64,000 nucleotides of DNA from an uncultured Oscillospiraceae bacterium (GTDB lineage Bacteria > Bacillota > Clostridia > Christensenellales > CAG-138). Location: the NCBI GenBank assembly GCA_964411275.1, contig CAYPKG010000001.1:18859-82858 (forward strand), in the 5' to 3' direction. A program made the translations under genes and the position numbers. Of this stretch, positions 25,585 to 35,541 are shown piece by piece. The notes under the pieces are model-generated. The model saw nothing but the letters and a program-made list of their open reading frames with translations, searched no databases and was not told the origin of the DNA. How positions within the stretch are numbered: the stretch's first letter is position 1; every line of letters starts with the position of its first letter.

Positions 25585-28197
25585 ATGCCCGGCAACATCA
25601 CGCCCATGATGCGCCAGTATCTCGACCTGAAGGAAAAATACAGCGATAGCCTGCTGTTTTTCCGTCTGGGCGATTTTTATGAAATGTTTTTTGAAGACGC
25701 CCAGACCGCCTCCCGGGAGCTGGAAATCGTGCTCACCGGCCGGGACTGCGGCCTTAAGGAGCGCGCGCCCATGTGCGGCGTTCCGTACCATTCGGTGGAC
25801 GGCTATATCAACCGGCTGATCCAAAAGGGATACAAGGTCGCTATCTGCGAACAGATGACCGATCCGGCGCTCTCCAAAGGGCTTGTGGAGCGGGATGTCA
25901 TCCGCATCATAACCCCTGGCACCGTCATCGAGGAGAACATGCTCGATGAGGGCAAAAACAACTACATCGTGGCTTTGTTTTATCAGGAAAACCGCATCGG
26001 CTTTGCCTATGCGGACGTGTCCACTGGCGGATTTTTTGTAGGCGAACTTACGTCGGAGGACTTTGGGACAAAGCTTATGGATGAAATGTCCCGTATCGAG
26101 CCCACGGAGATCATCGCAAACGACGCCCTGTTTTTGCAGGCAGGACTCGTGAGACCCTTGAGCGCTTCATACTATATTGCCCCCTATGGTGGCGGAGCGT
26201 TCGCCCTGAAGGGGGCAAAGGAGCGGCTGAATAAGCATTTCCATGTAGCGTCGCTGGACGGATTTGGGCTTGCCGGCAAGGACTATGGAGTGATGGCCGC
26301 CGGCGCGCTGATGGCATACCTTGAGCAGACGCAGAAAAACGCTCTGACCCATATCAGCCAAATTACCTGGGTCAACCGGGACAGCTTTATGCCTTTGGAC
26401 GCGTCCACCCGGCGAAATTTAGAGCTGACCCGCCCGCTTCGCACAGGCGGAAGCAAGAAAAACACCCTGCTGTATCTCTTGGACAGGACGCAAACAGCTA
26501 TGGGCGGGCGTATGCTTCGAAGCTGGATTGACCAGCCGCAGACGGAGTTTAGCGCCATCGAGGAACGCCTTACGGCGGTGGAAGCCCTTCATCAGAATAT
26601 TGTGGAACGGCGGCGGCTTCGCGACGCCCTTCATGGCATATATGATATTGAGCGGCTTTGCAGCCGCATCGCGTATGGCACTGTAAACGCCAGGGACTGC
26701 GCGGCGTTAAACGCGTCCCTAAAACGGCTTCCGGCTGTGATCGAGGCTGCAAAAAACCTGAACTGCCCCGTGCTTTCCTCAATCGCGGACAGCATCGACC
26801 GCATGGAAGAGATTGAAGCGCTGATCGGGCGGGCTATTGTAGATGACCCTCCGCTGTCCGTCAAGGAGGGCGGCTTTATCCGGGAGGGATACGATGAAAA
26901 AGTGGACGAGCTTCGCAGCGCGTCCATGAATGGGAAGCAATGGCTCAGCGAGCTCGAGGCGAAGGAGCGGGAGCAGACTAAAATCAAAAACCTCAAGATC
27001 GGCTTCAACAAGGTGTTTGGCTATTATATCGAGGTGACCAAATCCTATCAGCATCTGGTGCCCTATCACTATCAGCGAAAGCAGACATTGGCCAACGCGG
27101 AGCGATATATTACGCCGGAATTAAAGGCCATGGAAGAAACCATACTCGGCGCGGAGGAAAAGCGCATTGAACTTGAGTATGCGCTGTTTGTCAAGATCCG
27201 TGAAATACTCATCACCTGTACCACCCGGCTGCAAAACGACGCCCGGCAGCTGGCGGCTTTGGACTGCTTTCAATCCATGGCTGAGGTGGCTGCCGCCAAC
27301 CGGTATTGCAGGCCAAAGATCGTGAAGGACGGACAGCTTTCCATCAAAAACGGGCGGCACCCGGTAGTGGAACAGGCGTTGAAGGACGGTTTTATTCCCA
27401 ACGATGCCCTCCTTGACCTGGAGGAAAACCGGCTGTTGATCCTCACCGGCCCCAATATGGCGGGAAAAAGCACCTACATGCGCCAGGTGGCCCTGATCGT
27501 GCTGATGGCGCATATCGGCAGCTTTGTGCCTGCGGACGAAGCGGTCATCCCGGTGACAGACCGGATCTTCACCAGGGTGGGCGCGTCGGACGATCTCGCC
27601 GCTGGGCAGAGCACCTTTATGGTGGAAATGAGCGAGATGGCCAACATCCTTCGCAACGCCACGAAAAACAGCCTTTTGATACTAGACGAAATCGGCCGGG
27701 GCACCAGCACGTTTGACGGCTTGTCCATCGCCTGGGCGGTGCTCGAGCACATCGCGGACAAGACCCTGTGCGGGGCGAAAACCCTGTTCGCCACCCATTA
27801 TCACGAGCTGACGGAGCTGGAGGGCCGGCTTCCCGGGGTTAAAAACTACCGGGTCACCGTCAAGGAGATGGGGGACGACATCCTGTTTTTACGCAAGATC
27901 ATGCGCGGTGGCGCGGACAAGAGCTTTGGCGTGCAGGTGGCGCAGCTTGCGGGGCTGCCCCAGGCGGTCATCGGGCGGGCCAGAGTGATTTTACGCGAGC
28001 TTGAAAGCGCGGACATCAACCGGCCTTCCGGCGGCTTTCGGCAGGCCCCCCAGCACCAGATGTCCCTGTTCGCTTCGGACGAGCAGCAGGCGGTGCTGAT
28101 GGCGCTCGGAGAGCTGGACGTGGACGCCTTGACGCCCCTGCAGGCGCTCAATACATTGAACGAGCTGCATCAGCGGGCAAAAGTATGCAAGCCGTAA
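25585..28197 (+). CDS. mutS: DNA mismatch repair protein MutS
   Basis: TPMMRQYLDLKEKY...FFRLGDFYEMFFEDA; Walker A GPNMAGKSTYMRQ; 870 aa. Confidence 0.97.
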   Translation: MPGNITPMMRQYLDLKEKYSDSLLFFRLGDFYEMFFEDAQTASRELEIVLTGRDCGLKERAPMCGVPYHSVDGYINRLIQKGYKVAICEQMTDPALSKGLVERDVIRIITPGTVIEENMLDEGKNNYIVALFYQENRIGFAYADVSTGGFFVGELTSEDFGTKLMDEMSRIEPTEIIANDALFLQAGLVRPLSASYYIAPYGGGAFALKGAKERLNKHFHVASLDGFGLAGKDYGVMAAGALMAYLEQTQKNALTHISQITWVNRDSFMPLDASTRRNLELTRPLRTGGSKKNTLLYLLDRTQTAMGGRMLRSWIDQPQTEFSAIEERLTAVEALHQNIVERRRLRDALHGIYDIERLCSRIAYGTVNARDCAALNASLKRLPAVIEAAKNLNCPVLSSIADSIDRMEEIEALIGRAIVDDPPLSVKEGGFIREGYDEKVDELRSASMNGKQWLSELEAKEREQTKIKNLKIGFNKVFGYYIEVTKSYQHLVPYHYQRKQTLANAERYITPELKAMEETILGAEEKRIELEYALFVKIREILITCTTRLQNDARQLAALDCFQSMAEVAAANRYCRPKIVKDGQLSIKNGRHPVVEQALKDGFIPNDALLDLEENRLLILTGPNMAGKSTYMRQVALIVLMAHIGSFVPADEAVIPVTDRIFTRVGASDDLAAGQSTFMVEMSEMANILRNATKNSLLILDEIGRGTSTFDGLSIAWAVLEHIADKTLCGAKTLFATHYHELTELEGRLPGVKNYRVTVKEMGDDILFLRKIMRGGADKSFGVQVAQLAGLPQAVIGRARVILRELESADINRPSGGFRQAPQHQMSLFASDEQQAVLMALGELDVDALTPLQALNTLNELHQRAKVCKP

Positions 28198-28228
28198 CCA
28201 AACCATTTACCCAGGAGAAAGGGAAAGC

Positions 28229-30133
28229 ATGAGCAGGATTATCGTATTGCAGCCGGTTGTTGCCAACCAGATCGCCGCGGGCGAGGTGGTGGAGCGGCCA
28301 GGAAGCGTAGTCAAGGAGCTTTTTGAAAACAGCGTCGATGCGGGCGCCAGCGCCATCACCGTGGAAATCCAAAATGGCGGCATCGACTATATCCGGGTTA
28401 CGGACAATGGCGGCGGTATTCCCGAGGAGGACTGTCTCGTTGCATTTACACGGCACGCCACCAGCAAAATCAGAGTTGCCGACGACCTTACCCATATCGA
28501 AACCCTTGGCTTTCGGGGTGAGGCGCTTTCCTCCATCGCATCGGTGACGCGGATGCATCTGAAAACCCGGTGTGTCGGCGCGCAAACAGGTACGGAGGTG
28601 GTCATAGAAGGGGGCGAAGTAAAGCGTAGCGGCCCCGTGGCCTGTCCCGAGGGCACCACCATCGAGGTCAGCGACCTATTCTATAATGTTCCTGCCAGGC
28701 GCAAGTTTTTGAAGGCCCCCCGGACGGAGGCCAGCTATGTGGGGGAATACCTCTCGCGGATGATATTGGCGCGGCCTGATATTTCCGTAAAGCTTATCGT
28801 AAACGGCAAAACCCAGTATCACAGCCCAGGGGACAACAACCTTCAAAACGCCATTTATTGCGTATACGGCGGGGAGGTGCTCCCCCAATTGCGGCCCATA
28901 AGCTTTGACGACGGGTATGTGATGCTGTCGGGGTTTGTGGGAACCGCTAACCTTGCACGCCCTAACCGGAGCCATCAGTCGTTTTTATTGAATGGACGCT
29001 ACATCCGCAGCGCGCTTTTGTCAAGCGCGCTTCAGCAGGCCTACGACACCAGGCTGATGGGCGGAAGGTTTCCTTTCGCTGTCGTGGCGATACGGATTTC
29101 CAGCTTTGAAGTGGACGTAAACGTGCACCCCAATAAGCTTGAGGTGCGCTTTATCAATGAAGGGCGCATACAAGACGCCATGCGCAGCGCGACTGCGAAA
29201 GCGCTTTTAGGCGACGCCGTCCCCAGCGTTAAATGGTCTCCCACAGGGCTGGAGCCTAAAATTTCCCCGCGTGAGGTGCAATTCCCAGCCCGGATTTCTC
29301 CTGAGGGACGGGTTCGGACTGTTCCGGACCTCACGAAGCCGCCGGCAGCGGCGCCGCCTTTGCGGGAGGCCGCCCATGCCGGAATGACCCCGGACTGGAC
29401 GGGGCCTGTCAAGCCGGAAAGAGCGGAGCAGGATACAGACAAACCGGAGCGAAGGCACAAGCCGAATTCGCCGCCGGTTTTGGATAAGCCGCCTGTGATC
29501 GCAATCCCATCTGGCGCGGCGAAGCAGAAACTTCATGAGGAAGAGCAGGCGAAGTTTGGCATAGAACCGTATGCCATTGCGGGACAGGTCTTTGACACAT
29601 ATTGGATCGTGCAGCAGGGGGAACGGGTGTTTTTTATCGATCAACACGCCGCCCATGAGCGCAGGCTGTATGAGCGGCTCATGGGCGCCTCGGGAGAGAC
29701 GGCGTCCCAACAGCTGTTGTTGCCCGAAACGATCACATTAACCTATCCGGAGCAGGACACATTCGACAGGCAGGGGAGCTTGCTTTCGGAAATCGGTTTT
29801 GTGATTGAGCCCTTCGGCCCTTTGTGCATCAGGGTCACCGCCGTACCCTCCATATTGGAGTCGCGCAATGTGGCAAGCCTTATCCACGAGGCCCTGGATC
29901 TGATCGCCCGGCAGGGCAGGGCGGCCACGAAGGAGCTTAGAAAGGACGCCATCGTACAGCTTGCCTGCAAGCATGCGGTGAAGGCGGGGGATGCGCTAAG
30001 CGCAGAGGAGATTGAGATGCTTTTGCGGGAGTTTGCCAAGGAGGGCGCGCCCATGACATGCCCCCACGGGCGGCCCGTGATGGTGCAGATGACAAAAAGG
30101 GAGCTGGAGAAGCTGTTTAAGCGGGTGCTGTGA
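28229..30133 (+). CDS. mutL: DNA mismatch repair protein MutL
   Basis: IAAGEVVERPGSVVKELFENSVDAGA...GFRGEALSSI; C-terminal dimerisation/endonuclease region (FFIDQHAAHERRLYE). Confidence 0.97.
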   Translation: MSRIIVLQPVVANQIAAGEVVERPGSVVKELFENSVDAGASAITVEIQNGGIDYIRVTDNGGGIPEEDCLVAFTRHATSKIRVADDLTHIETLGFRGEALSSIASVTRMHLKTRCVGAQTGTEVVIEGGEVKRSGPVACPEGTTIEVSDLFYNVPARRKFLKAPRTEASYVGEYLSRMILARPDISVKLIVNGKTQYHSPGDNNLQNAIYCVYGGEVLPQLRPISFDDGYVMLSGFVGTANLARPNRSHQSFLLNGRYIRSALLSSALQQAYDTRLMGGRFPFAVVAIRISSFEVDVNVHPNKLEVRFINEGRIQDAMRSATAKALLGDAVPSVKWSPTGLEPKISPREVQFPARISPEGRVRTVPDLTKPPAAAPPLREAAHAGMTPDWTGPVKPERAEQDTDKPERRHKPNSPPVLDKPPVIAIPSGAAKQKLHEEEQAKFGIEPYAIAGQVFDTYWIVQQGERVFFIDQHAAHERRLYERLMGASGETASQQLLLPETITLTYPEQDTFDRQGSLLSEIGFVIEPFGPLCIRVTAVPSILESRNVASLIHEALDLIARQGRAATKELRKDAIVQLACKHAVKAGDALSAEEIEMLLREFAKEGAPMTCPHGRPVMVQMTKRELEKLFKRVL

Positions 30134-31101
30134 GGATGGAAGAAATAGAAAAAATCAAGATCGGCGTCCTTCTCGGGCCGACGGCTTCCGGGAAAACCGC
30201 CTGCGCCATTCAGGCGGCAGGTCGCTTAAACGCGGAAATCATATCCGCCGACAGCATTCAGGTGTATCGGGGGATGTCCATCGGCTCCGCAAAGCCCACC
30301 AAGGAGGAAATGCGGGGAATTCCCCATCACCTTCTTGATGTAGCGGATCCGGATAAGGGGGATTTTAGCGTTGCCATGTTTCAACGGTTTGCCGCAGCTT
30401 GTATTAGGGATATTCATGCCCGGGGGAAATTTCCTCTCGTGGTAGGCGGGACGGGGCTGTATATCAACGCCCTTACCTATCCTTTGGCCTTTTTAGCCGT
30501 GCCGGGCAACCCTGAAATCCGCCAGGCGCTGGAGCGCGAAGAGGAGGCGGCCCCTGGGAGCGCCTACACGCGGTTAAAAGAGGTTGACCCGGTGAGTGCC
30601 AGCCGCCTACACGAAAATGACAGGAAGAGGGCAATCCGGGCGCTGGAGGTATATCTTAGCTCCGGGCGGACGATGTCAAGCTTTGGCACGGATTTCGCAA
30701 ACGAAAGCAACCGGGAAGCGCCATACGATCCGGTGATCGTTGGGCTAAGTATGGAGCGGGAGCTTTTATACGCGCGCATTAACCGCCGGGTGGATATGAT
30801 GCTGCAGGCGGGACTTGTGGACGAGGCAAGAGCCTTGTACGACGCGGGGCTGCCCGTGACATTGCCCGCCATCCAGGGCCTGGGCTACCGGCAGCTGTAC
30901 CGGTATTTTGACGGGGACTGCACGCTCTTGGAGGCGGCAGAGGCCATCAAGCAGCAGACCCGGCATTTTGCCAAGCGGCAAATGACCTGGTTTCGCCGGG
31001 ATGGGCGCATACAATGGATACCGGTAACTGAGAATTCGGACGCGGCGGCTTTGGGCGCGAAAATCGCTATGATCATGGAGGGGAAGGATGGGAACGAGTA
31101 A
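30130..31101 (+). CDS. miaA: tRNA dimethylallyltransferase
   Basis: GPTASGKTACAI...ISADSIQVYRGMSIGSAKPT. The alternative start at 30136 is equally possible. Confidence 0.93.
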   Translation: MRMEEIEKIKIGVLLGPTASGKTACAIQAAGRLNAEIISADSIQVYRGMSIGSAKPTKEEMRGIPHHLLDVADPDKGDFSVAMFQRFAAACIRDIHARGKFPLVVGGTGLYINALTYPLAFLAVPGNPEIRQALEREEEAAPGSAYTRLKEVDPVSASRLHENDRKRAIRALEVYLSSGRTMSSFGTDFANESNREAPYDPVIVGLSMERELLYARINRRVDMMLQAGLVDEARALYDAGLPVTLPAIQGLGYRQLYRYFDGDCTLLEAAEAIKQQTRHFAKRQMTWFRRDGRIQWIPVTENSDAAALGAKIAMIMEGKDGNE

Positions 31102-31318
31102 TATTCAGGATACCGTACTCAATCAGCTGCGCAAGGAAAAGATACCCTGCGCCATTCGCCTGACAAACGGCTTTCAGATCAAGTCGGCCATTGTAGAGGG
31201 GTTTGACAACTTTGTCATATTGGTGAGTACGGAAGGGGAGAAGCAGATGATGCTCTACAAGCATGCCATCTCCTCCCTGACGCCAGGGCGGAGCGTATCC
31301 TGCCTGCCGGAAAAATAG
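31088..31318 (+). CDS. hfq: RNA chaperone Hfq
   Basis: IQDTVLNQLRKEKIPCAIRLTNGFQIKSAIVEGFDNFVILV...QMMLYKHAIS (Sm1/Sm2 motifs). Confidence 0.93.
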   Translation: MGTSNIQDTVLNQLRKEKIPCAIRLTNGFQIKSAIVEGFDNFVILVSTEGEKQMMLYKHAISSLTPGRSVSCLPEK

Positions 31319-31326
31319 GAGGTTCA

Positions 31327-32598
31327 ATGGAACAGGGATTTGGGTTTTTGCCGGGAGTAGAACAAATCGTTCTCGCGGCACAAAAGGATATTCAGCCGGT
31401 GTTCGCGCGGCTTGATGAAATCGAGGCGGTGAACCAGCAGCGGGTTCTCAAGGCGTTTCAGGCGGAGGGCGTGGCCCAGCGGCATTTTTCGCCTACCACG
31501 GGCTATGGCTATGACGACATCGGCCGGGATACCCTGGACCGGGTGTTTGCCCACGCGCTGCAGTGTGCGGACGCGCTGGTGCGGCCGCAGTTTGTCAACG
31601 GCACCCATGCGCTGTATACGGCGCTTGCGGGGGTACTGGAGCCGGGTGAGGACATGCTGTCCATTTCGGGAAAACCCTATGACACGCTGGAAGAGGCCAT
31701 CGGCATTCACGGGGACGCGCCGGGAAGCTTAAAAAAACTTGGAATTGGCTACCGGCAGGTGGACTTGTTGGACGGGGGAGAACTGGATATTCCAGCTATC
31801 CTGGAGGGCCTGCGCGACCCCAAGGTGCGGGTTGCGTATTTACAGCGCTCCCGGGGCTATGCCTGGCGGCAAGCCATCGACCTTACGAAAATGGAAGAGG
31901 CGTTTTCGGCGATCGGCCATGCGCGGCCCGGCATCGCCATTATCGTAGACAATTGTTATGGCGAGTTCACGCAAGACCGGGAGCCTTCCAGCCTTGGCGC
32001 AGACCTCATCGTGGGTTCGCTCATCAAAAACCCTGGCGGCGGGATCGCGCCTACCGGCGGGTATATCGCGGGGAAGCCCGATCTTGTGGAGCGGGCGGCC
32101 AACCGGCTGACGGTGCCTGGAATGGGACGGGAGGTGGGCTCCTACGCCCAATCCTATATCCCCTTTTACCAGGGCCTATTTCTGGCCCCTCATGTCACAA
32201 ATCAAAGCTTGAAAACCGCCGCGCTGTTTGCGCGGGTGTTTGAGCTTGTGGGGATGCAAACCCTTCCAGCCAGTGGCGAAGCGCGCAACGACATCATACA
32301 GTCCGTCCGCTTTCCATCGGCAGAGGCCCTTGTGGCCTTTTGCCAGAGCTTACAAAAAGCGGCCCCGGTGGACAGCTTTGTCACGCCGGTGCCGTGGGAC
32401 ATGCCCGGCTACAGCCACCAGGTGATCATGGCCGCCGGTGCGTTTATACAGGGTTCCAGCATAGAATTGAGCGCGGACGCCCCCATCCGGGAGCCGTACA
32501 TCGCCTACGTTCAGGGCTCATTAACATATGCCCATGGCAGGATCGCCGCGATGCTGGCGTTAGACGCGCTTGTGCGGGCGCAGGTAATAAAGCTTTAG
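31327..32598 (+). CDS. Aluminium-resistance / YnbB-like PLP-dependent enzyme (Cys/Met-metabolism fold)
   Basis: RVLKAFQAEGVAQRHFSPTTGYGYDDIGRDTLDRVFA...SLIKNPGGGIAPTGGYIAG. Sits in the conserved position after hfq, as in other Firmicutes. Confidence 0.8.
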   Translation: MEQGFGFLPGVEQIVLAAQKDIQPVFARLDEIEAVNQQRVLKAFQAEGVAQRHFSPTTGYGYDDIGRDTLDRVFAHALQCADALVRPQFVNGTHALYTALAGVLEPGEDMLSISGKPYDTLEEAIGIHGDAPGSLKKLGIGYRQVDLLDGGELDIPAILEGLRDPKVRVAYLQRSRGYAWRQAIDLTKMEEAFSAIGHARPGIAIIVDNCYGEFTQDREPSSLGADLIVGSLIKNPGGGIAPTGGYIAGKPDLVERAANRLTVPGMGREVGSYAQSYIPFYQGLFLAPHVTNQSLKTAALFARVFELVGMQTLPASGEARNDIIQSVRFPSAEALVAFCQSLQKAAPVDSFVTPVPWDMPGYSHQVIMAAGAFIQGSSIELSADAPIREPYIAYVQGSLTYAHGRIAAMLALDALVRAQVIKL

Positions 32599-32631
32599 CG
32601 AGGTAATAATCGCCTATAGGGTCGATAAAAA

Positions 32632-32659
32632 TTGCGCAGCGTTATAGGTTCCTGCGCAA
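32632..32659. terminator. Bidirectional terminator between the ynbB-like gene (+) and lexA (-)
   Basis: TTGCGCAG (32632-32639) / CTGCGCAA (32652-32659). An A-run upstream gives a T-run on the minus strand. Confidence 0.55.
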
Positions 32660-32672
32660 TGTACAGTTTGAC

Positions 32673-33290
32673 CTAGTAGCTGCGGATCAGGCCGATGACC
32701 TTGCCCACGATGGTGAGGCCTTCATAGGAAGTGTAGATCGGCTCCATATTGGCGTTTTCCGGTTGCAGCCGCACCCGGCCCTGTTCCCGGAAAATGCGCT
32801 TGACGGTGGCGGCTTCCCCCTCAACCCGGGCGACAACAATATCCCCGTCTGTGTAATCCAGACCGTTGTGGACGATAATATAGTCGTTCGTGAACATGCC
32901 GATGTCGATCATGCTGTCGCCGGTGAGCCTAAGGAGAAACACCTCGTCCTTGGACGCGCCGTGCAAAAGCTCCCGGGGTAGCGGCAGCACCGTTTCGATG
33001 TTCTCTACGGCGAGGATGGGCAGGCCCGCAGCCACATTACCCACCAATGGCACAGGCTGGGCCTCCGCCGAGGACTGGGGCCTGTTGACGACGATGGAAC
33101 GCTGCTTGGACGGCTTGTGGGAAATCAGCCCCCGTTGCTCCAGTTTGGTTAGATGGGCATGCACCGTGGAGGTAGAGCTTAGCCCAACCGCCTTGCAGAT
33201 TTCGCGCACGGTGGGCGGGTAGGAATGCTCTTCATAGAAAGAAATAATGAATTCGTAAATCACCTGTTGCGAATTTTTAAGTTTTTTCAT
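32673..33290 (-). CDS. lexA: SOS repressor LexA
   Basis: N-terminal winged HTH (PPTVREICKAVGLSSTSTVHAHLTKLEQRGLI). AG cleavage site (VAAGLP). S24 peptidase Ser/Lys (GDSMIDIG ... VKR). RBS GGGAGGAAA. The track start at 33314 was rejected. Confidence 0.93.
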   Translation of the reverse strand: MKKLKNSQQVIYEFIISFYEEHSYPPTVREICKAVGLSSTSTVHAHLTKLEQRGLISHKPSKQRSIVVNRPQSSAEAQPVPLVGNVAAGLPILAVENIETVLPLPRELLHGASKDEVFLLRLTGDSMIDIGMFTNDYIIVHNGLDYTDGDIVVARVEGEAATVKRIFREQGRVRLQPENANMEPIYTSYEGLTIVGKVIGLIRSY

Positions 33291-33350
33291 GCGGGCTTTC
33301 CTCCCAAACCTCAATTGTTATATGTAGTATAACATAATAAAACCAATTTA

Positions 33351-33364
33351 AAAACGTTCGTTCG
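33351..33364 (-). promoter_or_regulatory. LexA (Cheo-type) SOS box
   Basis: The minus-strand sequence CGAACGAACGTTTT matches the Firmicute consensus CGAACRNRYGTTYC at 13 of 14 positions. It overlaps the -35 region of a TGnTATACT extended -10 promoter for lexA and lies 27-40 nt upstream of the divergent gene. Confidence 0.6.
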
Positions 33365-33390
33365 CATATTTTTTTCGAAACTTGGAGGAC

Positions 33391-33759
33391 ATGATGAAGT
33401 ATTGCGTGCTGGATGGCGAAAAGCTTTGCGACGAGTGCGGCGCGTGCGACCGCTGCGACCTTGATCCCAACAAAATCTGCGACAATTGCTGCAAATGCAT
33501 CCAGCAACCGGAGGAGGATTACGCGAAAATCTCCGTGCTGGACGTTGTGATGGAGCAGCCGGAGGCCTACCTGGCGGCCTTACACGCGCAGGATATTGAG
33601 CCTGGCATTGGGGACGCCACATTATATCTTGAGGAGGTAGAACCCGCGCTGCAGGCTGAATGGGAGAAAAAGTTACGGGCATTGGAGGCGCGGGAGGAAG
33701 CGCAAAAGGGAAAAATACCTGGGGCCGGACTCCATGGCACGAGAAAAAAACGGGAATAG
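33391..33759 (+). CDS. Small cysteine-rich protein, hypothetical (122 aa)
   Basis: MMKYCVLDGEKLCDECGACDRCDLDPNKICDNCCKCI has 9 Cys in the first 36 residues, followed by an acidic, helical tail. GGAGGA RBS. The exact ATG (33391 or 33394) is uncertain. Confidence 0.6.
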   Translation: MMKYCVLDGEKLCDECGACDRCDLDPNKICDNCCKCIQQPEEDYAKISVLDVVMEQPEAYLAALHAQDIEPGIGDATLYLEEVEPALQAEWEKKLRALEAREEAQKGKIPGAGLHGTRKKRE

Positions 33760-33762
33760 CAT

Positions 33763-34281
33763 TTACCAAGCTTTCATCGCGGACAGTATTTCCTCATAGA
33801 GGTCGTCCCGGTTTTCGGGGGTTAGTGTGAATACCAGCGCATTCGGGTGGGAACGCACCTCATTCAAAAAGGGAATGTCGTAGCGGGCCTTCACCGTAGC
33901 AAGCACTGGAATTTCCCCGTTAAGCGCCTCAGATACCGCAGAAAGAAATTCCGGGGAGCCAGTCTCCATAAATCCCAATTCGTCCATGAGAATAACCCCA
34001 CCGGGCTTTGCGGATCGTATGTACTGGACGCCGAATGTATCAAACGCGGCGGGATTGACCTCCCGTATCTTTTGATTGCACAGGCCGATCCGGTTTACCG
34101 CCGTGTATGCCCGCGCAGACGATCCGGCGGGATGGATGTAGATAGGGTGAAAGCCATTGTCATTGGCAGGAAGGCTTTTCGTAATAAACCCGTACACGGG
34201 AAGCGCGATTGTAGAGAGAAGCCTGGCCGCTATGGTGCTTTTCCCTACGCCCCGCTCGCCATTGATCAATATATGCTTCAT
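33763..34281 (-). CDS. P-loop NTPase (THEP1/DUF265-like)
   Basis: Walker A INGERGVGKST, Walker B VILMDELG; 172 aa. Confidence 0.7.
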   Translation of the reverse strand: MKHILINGERGVGKSTIAARLLSTIALPVYGFITKSLPANDNGFHPIYIHPAGSSARAYTAVNRIGLCNQKIREVNPAAFDTFGVQYIRSAKPGGVILMDELGFMETGSPEFLSAVSEALNGEIPVLATVKARYDIPFLNEVRSHPNALVFTLTPENRDDLYEEILSAMKAW

Positions 34282-34325
34282 GCTTTGAACGTCTCCTTTC
34301 GCTGCTGCCGCAGCGCCCGTTGCTT

Positions 34326-35345
34326 TTATTGCCTTCTTACTCTGGCCCGGTGCTCGATGAGCTCCGCCGCTACGCTGATGGCGATTTCCGCCGGTGTCTC
34401 CGCCAGGATCGGCAGGCCGATGGGATTGTGAATGCGGGCGAAGCTGCTTGGATCAATCCCAGCTGCCAGCAGCTTTGCATGAGTGGCCGCCATCTTTGTC
34501 TGGCTGCCTATGATCCCCACATATGTGGCGTCAGTCCTAAGCGCCTGTTCCAGCACGATATAATCCGCCCCATGCGCCCGGGTCATGATGATGATATAAT
34601 CGTGAGGCTTCACGGTCAGATACTCGTGGATACGAGAAAAATCCCCAAGGATGGTGGCTTGCGCCCCTGGAAACAGTGCCGGATCCGTGAACCGTTCCCT
34701 GTCGTCAAACACCACAGGCGCAAAGCCTACCCCGGCGATGACGGGAACCAGGGCCTGTGCTACATGCCCGCCGCCGAATATGTAGGTGCGGCTTGATGAA
34801 ACAAGGGGCTCAATGTAATAGGCAGGTTCGCCATTCACCAGGATACCGTTGGCGCATGCATGGGGGAGAATGTCCGATTTTTCTCTACCTTCAAGAAAAT
34901 GCAGCGCTCCGCCTGCATAAATTCCCATTTGGGCCAGGCTGTCCTCCTGAATGACGGTAATCAACCAGGCGTCCTCCTGCTGGGAAAATAGCTCCATGGC
35001 GTATGTGAGCATGCTTCTGGTTTTTGCGTCTGCAGCGCCCAGAAACTGAAAATATACCGTCGCTCTGCCGCCGCAGATCATTCCAAGCTCCGCTTTGTCG
35101 TTTGCCGAAAGGTCGAAGCCCTTGACCAGAGAGGCCCGTGAGACATGAACAGAGGCTGCTTGCAGGATGCACGCGTGTTCCACCACGCCGCCGCCAATGG
35201 TGCCATAGCTTGTGCCGTCAGAAAGCACAATCATCTTTGCGCCCGCGCCCCTGGGTGTGGATCCGCTCGACGCGATGACGCTGCATAAAACCGCATCTTT
35301 CCCCGCCGATATGGTATTGTGTAATACTTCAAACAGTTTACGCAT
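34326..35345 (-). CDS. XdhC/CoxI-family molybdoenzyme maturation protein
   Basis: N-terminal XdhC_CoxI domain (AVLCSVIASSGSTPRGAGAKMIV...GTIGGG) plus a C-terminal Rossmann-like domain (IFGGGHVAQALVPVA...IMTRAHGADY). Confidence 0.8.
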   Translation of the reverse strand: MRKLFEVLHNTISAGKDAVLCSVIASSGSTPRGAGAKMIVLSDGTSYGTIGGGVVEHACILQAASVHVSRASLVKGFDLSANDKAELGMICGGRATVYFQFLGAADAKTRSMLTYAMELFSQQEDAWLITVIQEDSLAQMGIYAGGALHFLEGREKSDILPHACANGILVNGEPAYYIEPLVSSSRTYIFGGGHVAQALVPVIAGVGFAPVVFDDRERFTDPALFPGAQATILGDFSRIHEYLTVKPHDYIIIMTRAHGADYIVLEQALRTDATYVGIIGSQTKMAATHAKLLAAGIDPSSFARIHNPIGLPILAETPAEIAISVAAELIEHRARVRRQ

Positions 35346-35489
35346 ACGCTATTTTTCAGCCTTTCAATTTATTGCAGGAAACATATTGCCCATATCATGG
35401 GCTGACGAATAATATTATAAAACAATTCGCTTTATTTTACAAATCATAGGAGGAGAAAATGCAGCAGGGGTGGCAATGGCTGAACAGCA

Positions 35490-35520
35490 TTAAAAAATCC
35501 CCGGCTGCAAGGCGCGGGGA
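35490..35520 (-). terminator. Probable terminator of the amidase/gerQ-like unit
   Basis: On the minus strand: CCCCGCGCCTTGCAGCCGGGG followed by ATTTTTTAA, about 25 nt downstream of the stop at 35542. Confidence 0.5.
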
Positions 35521-35541
35521 GGAAGGTCCTTACCTTAGGCG

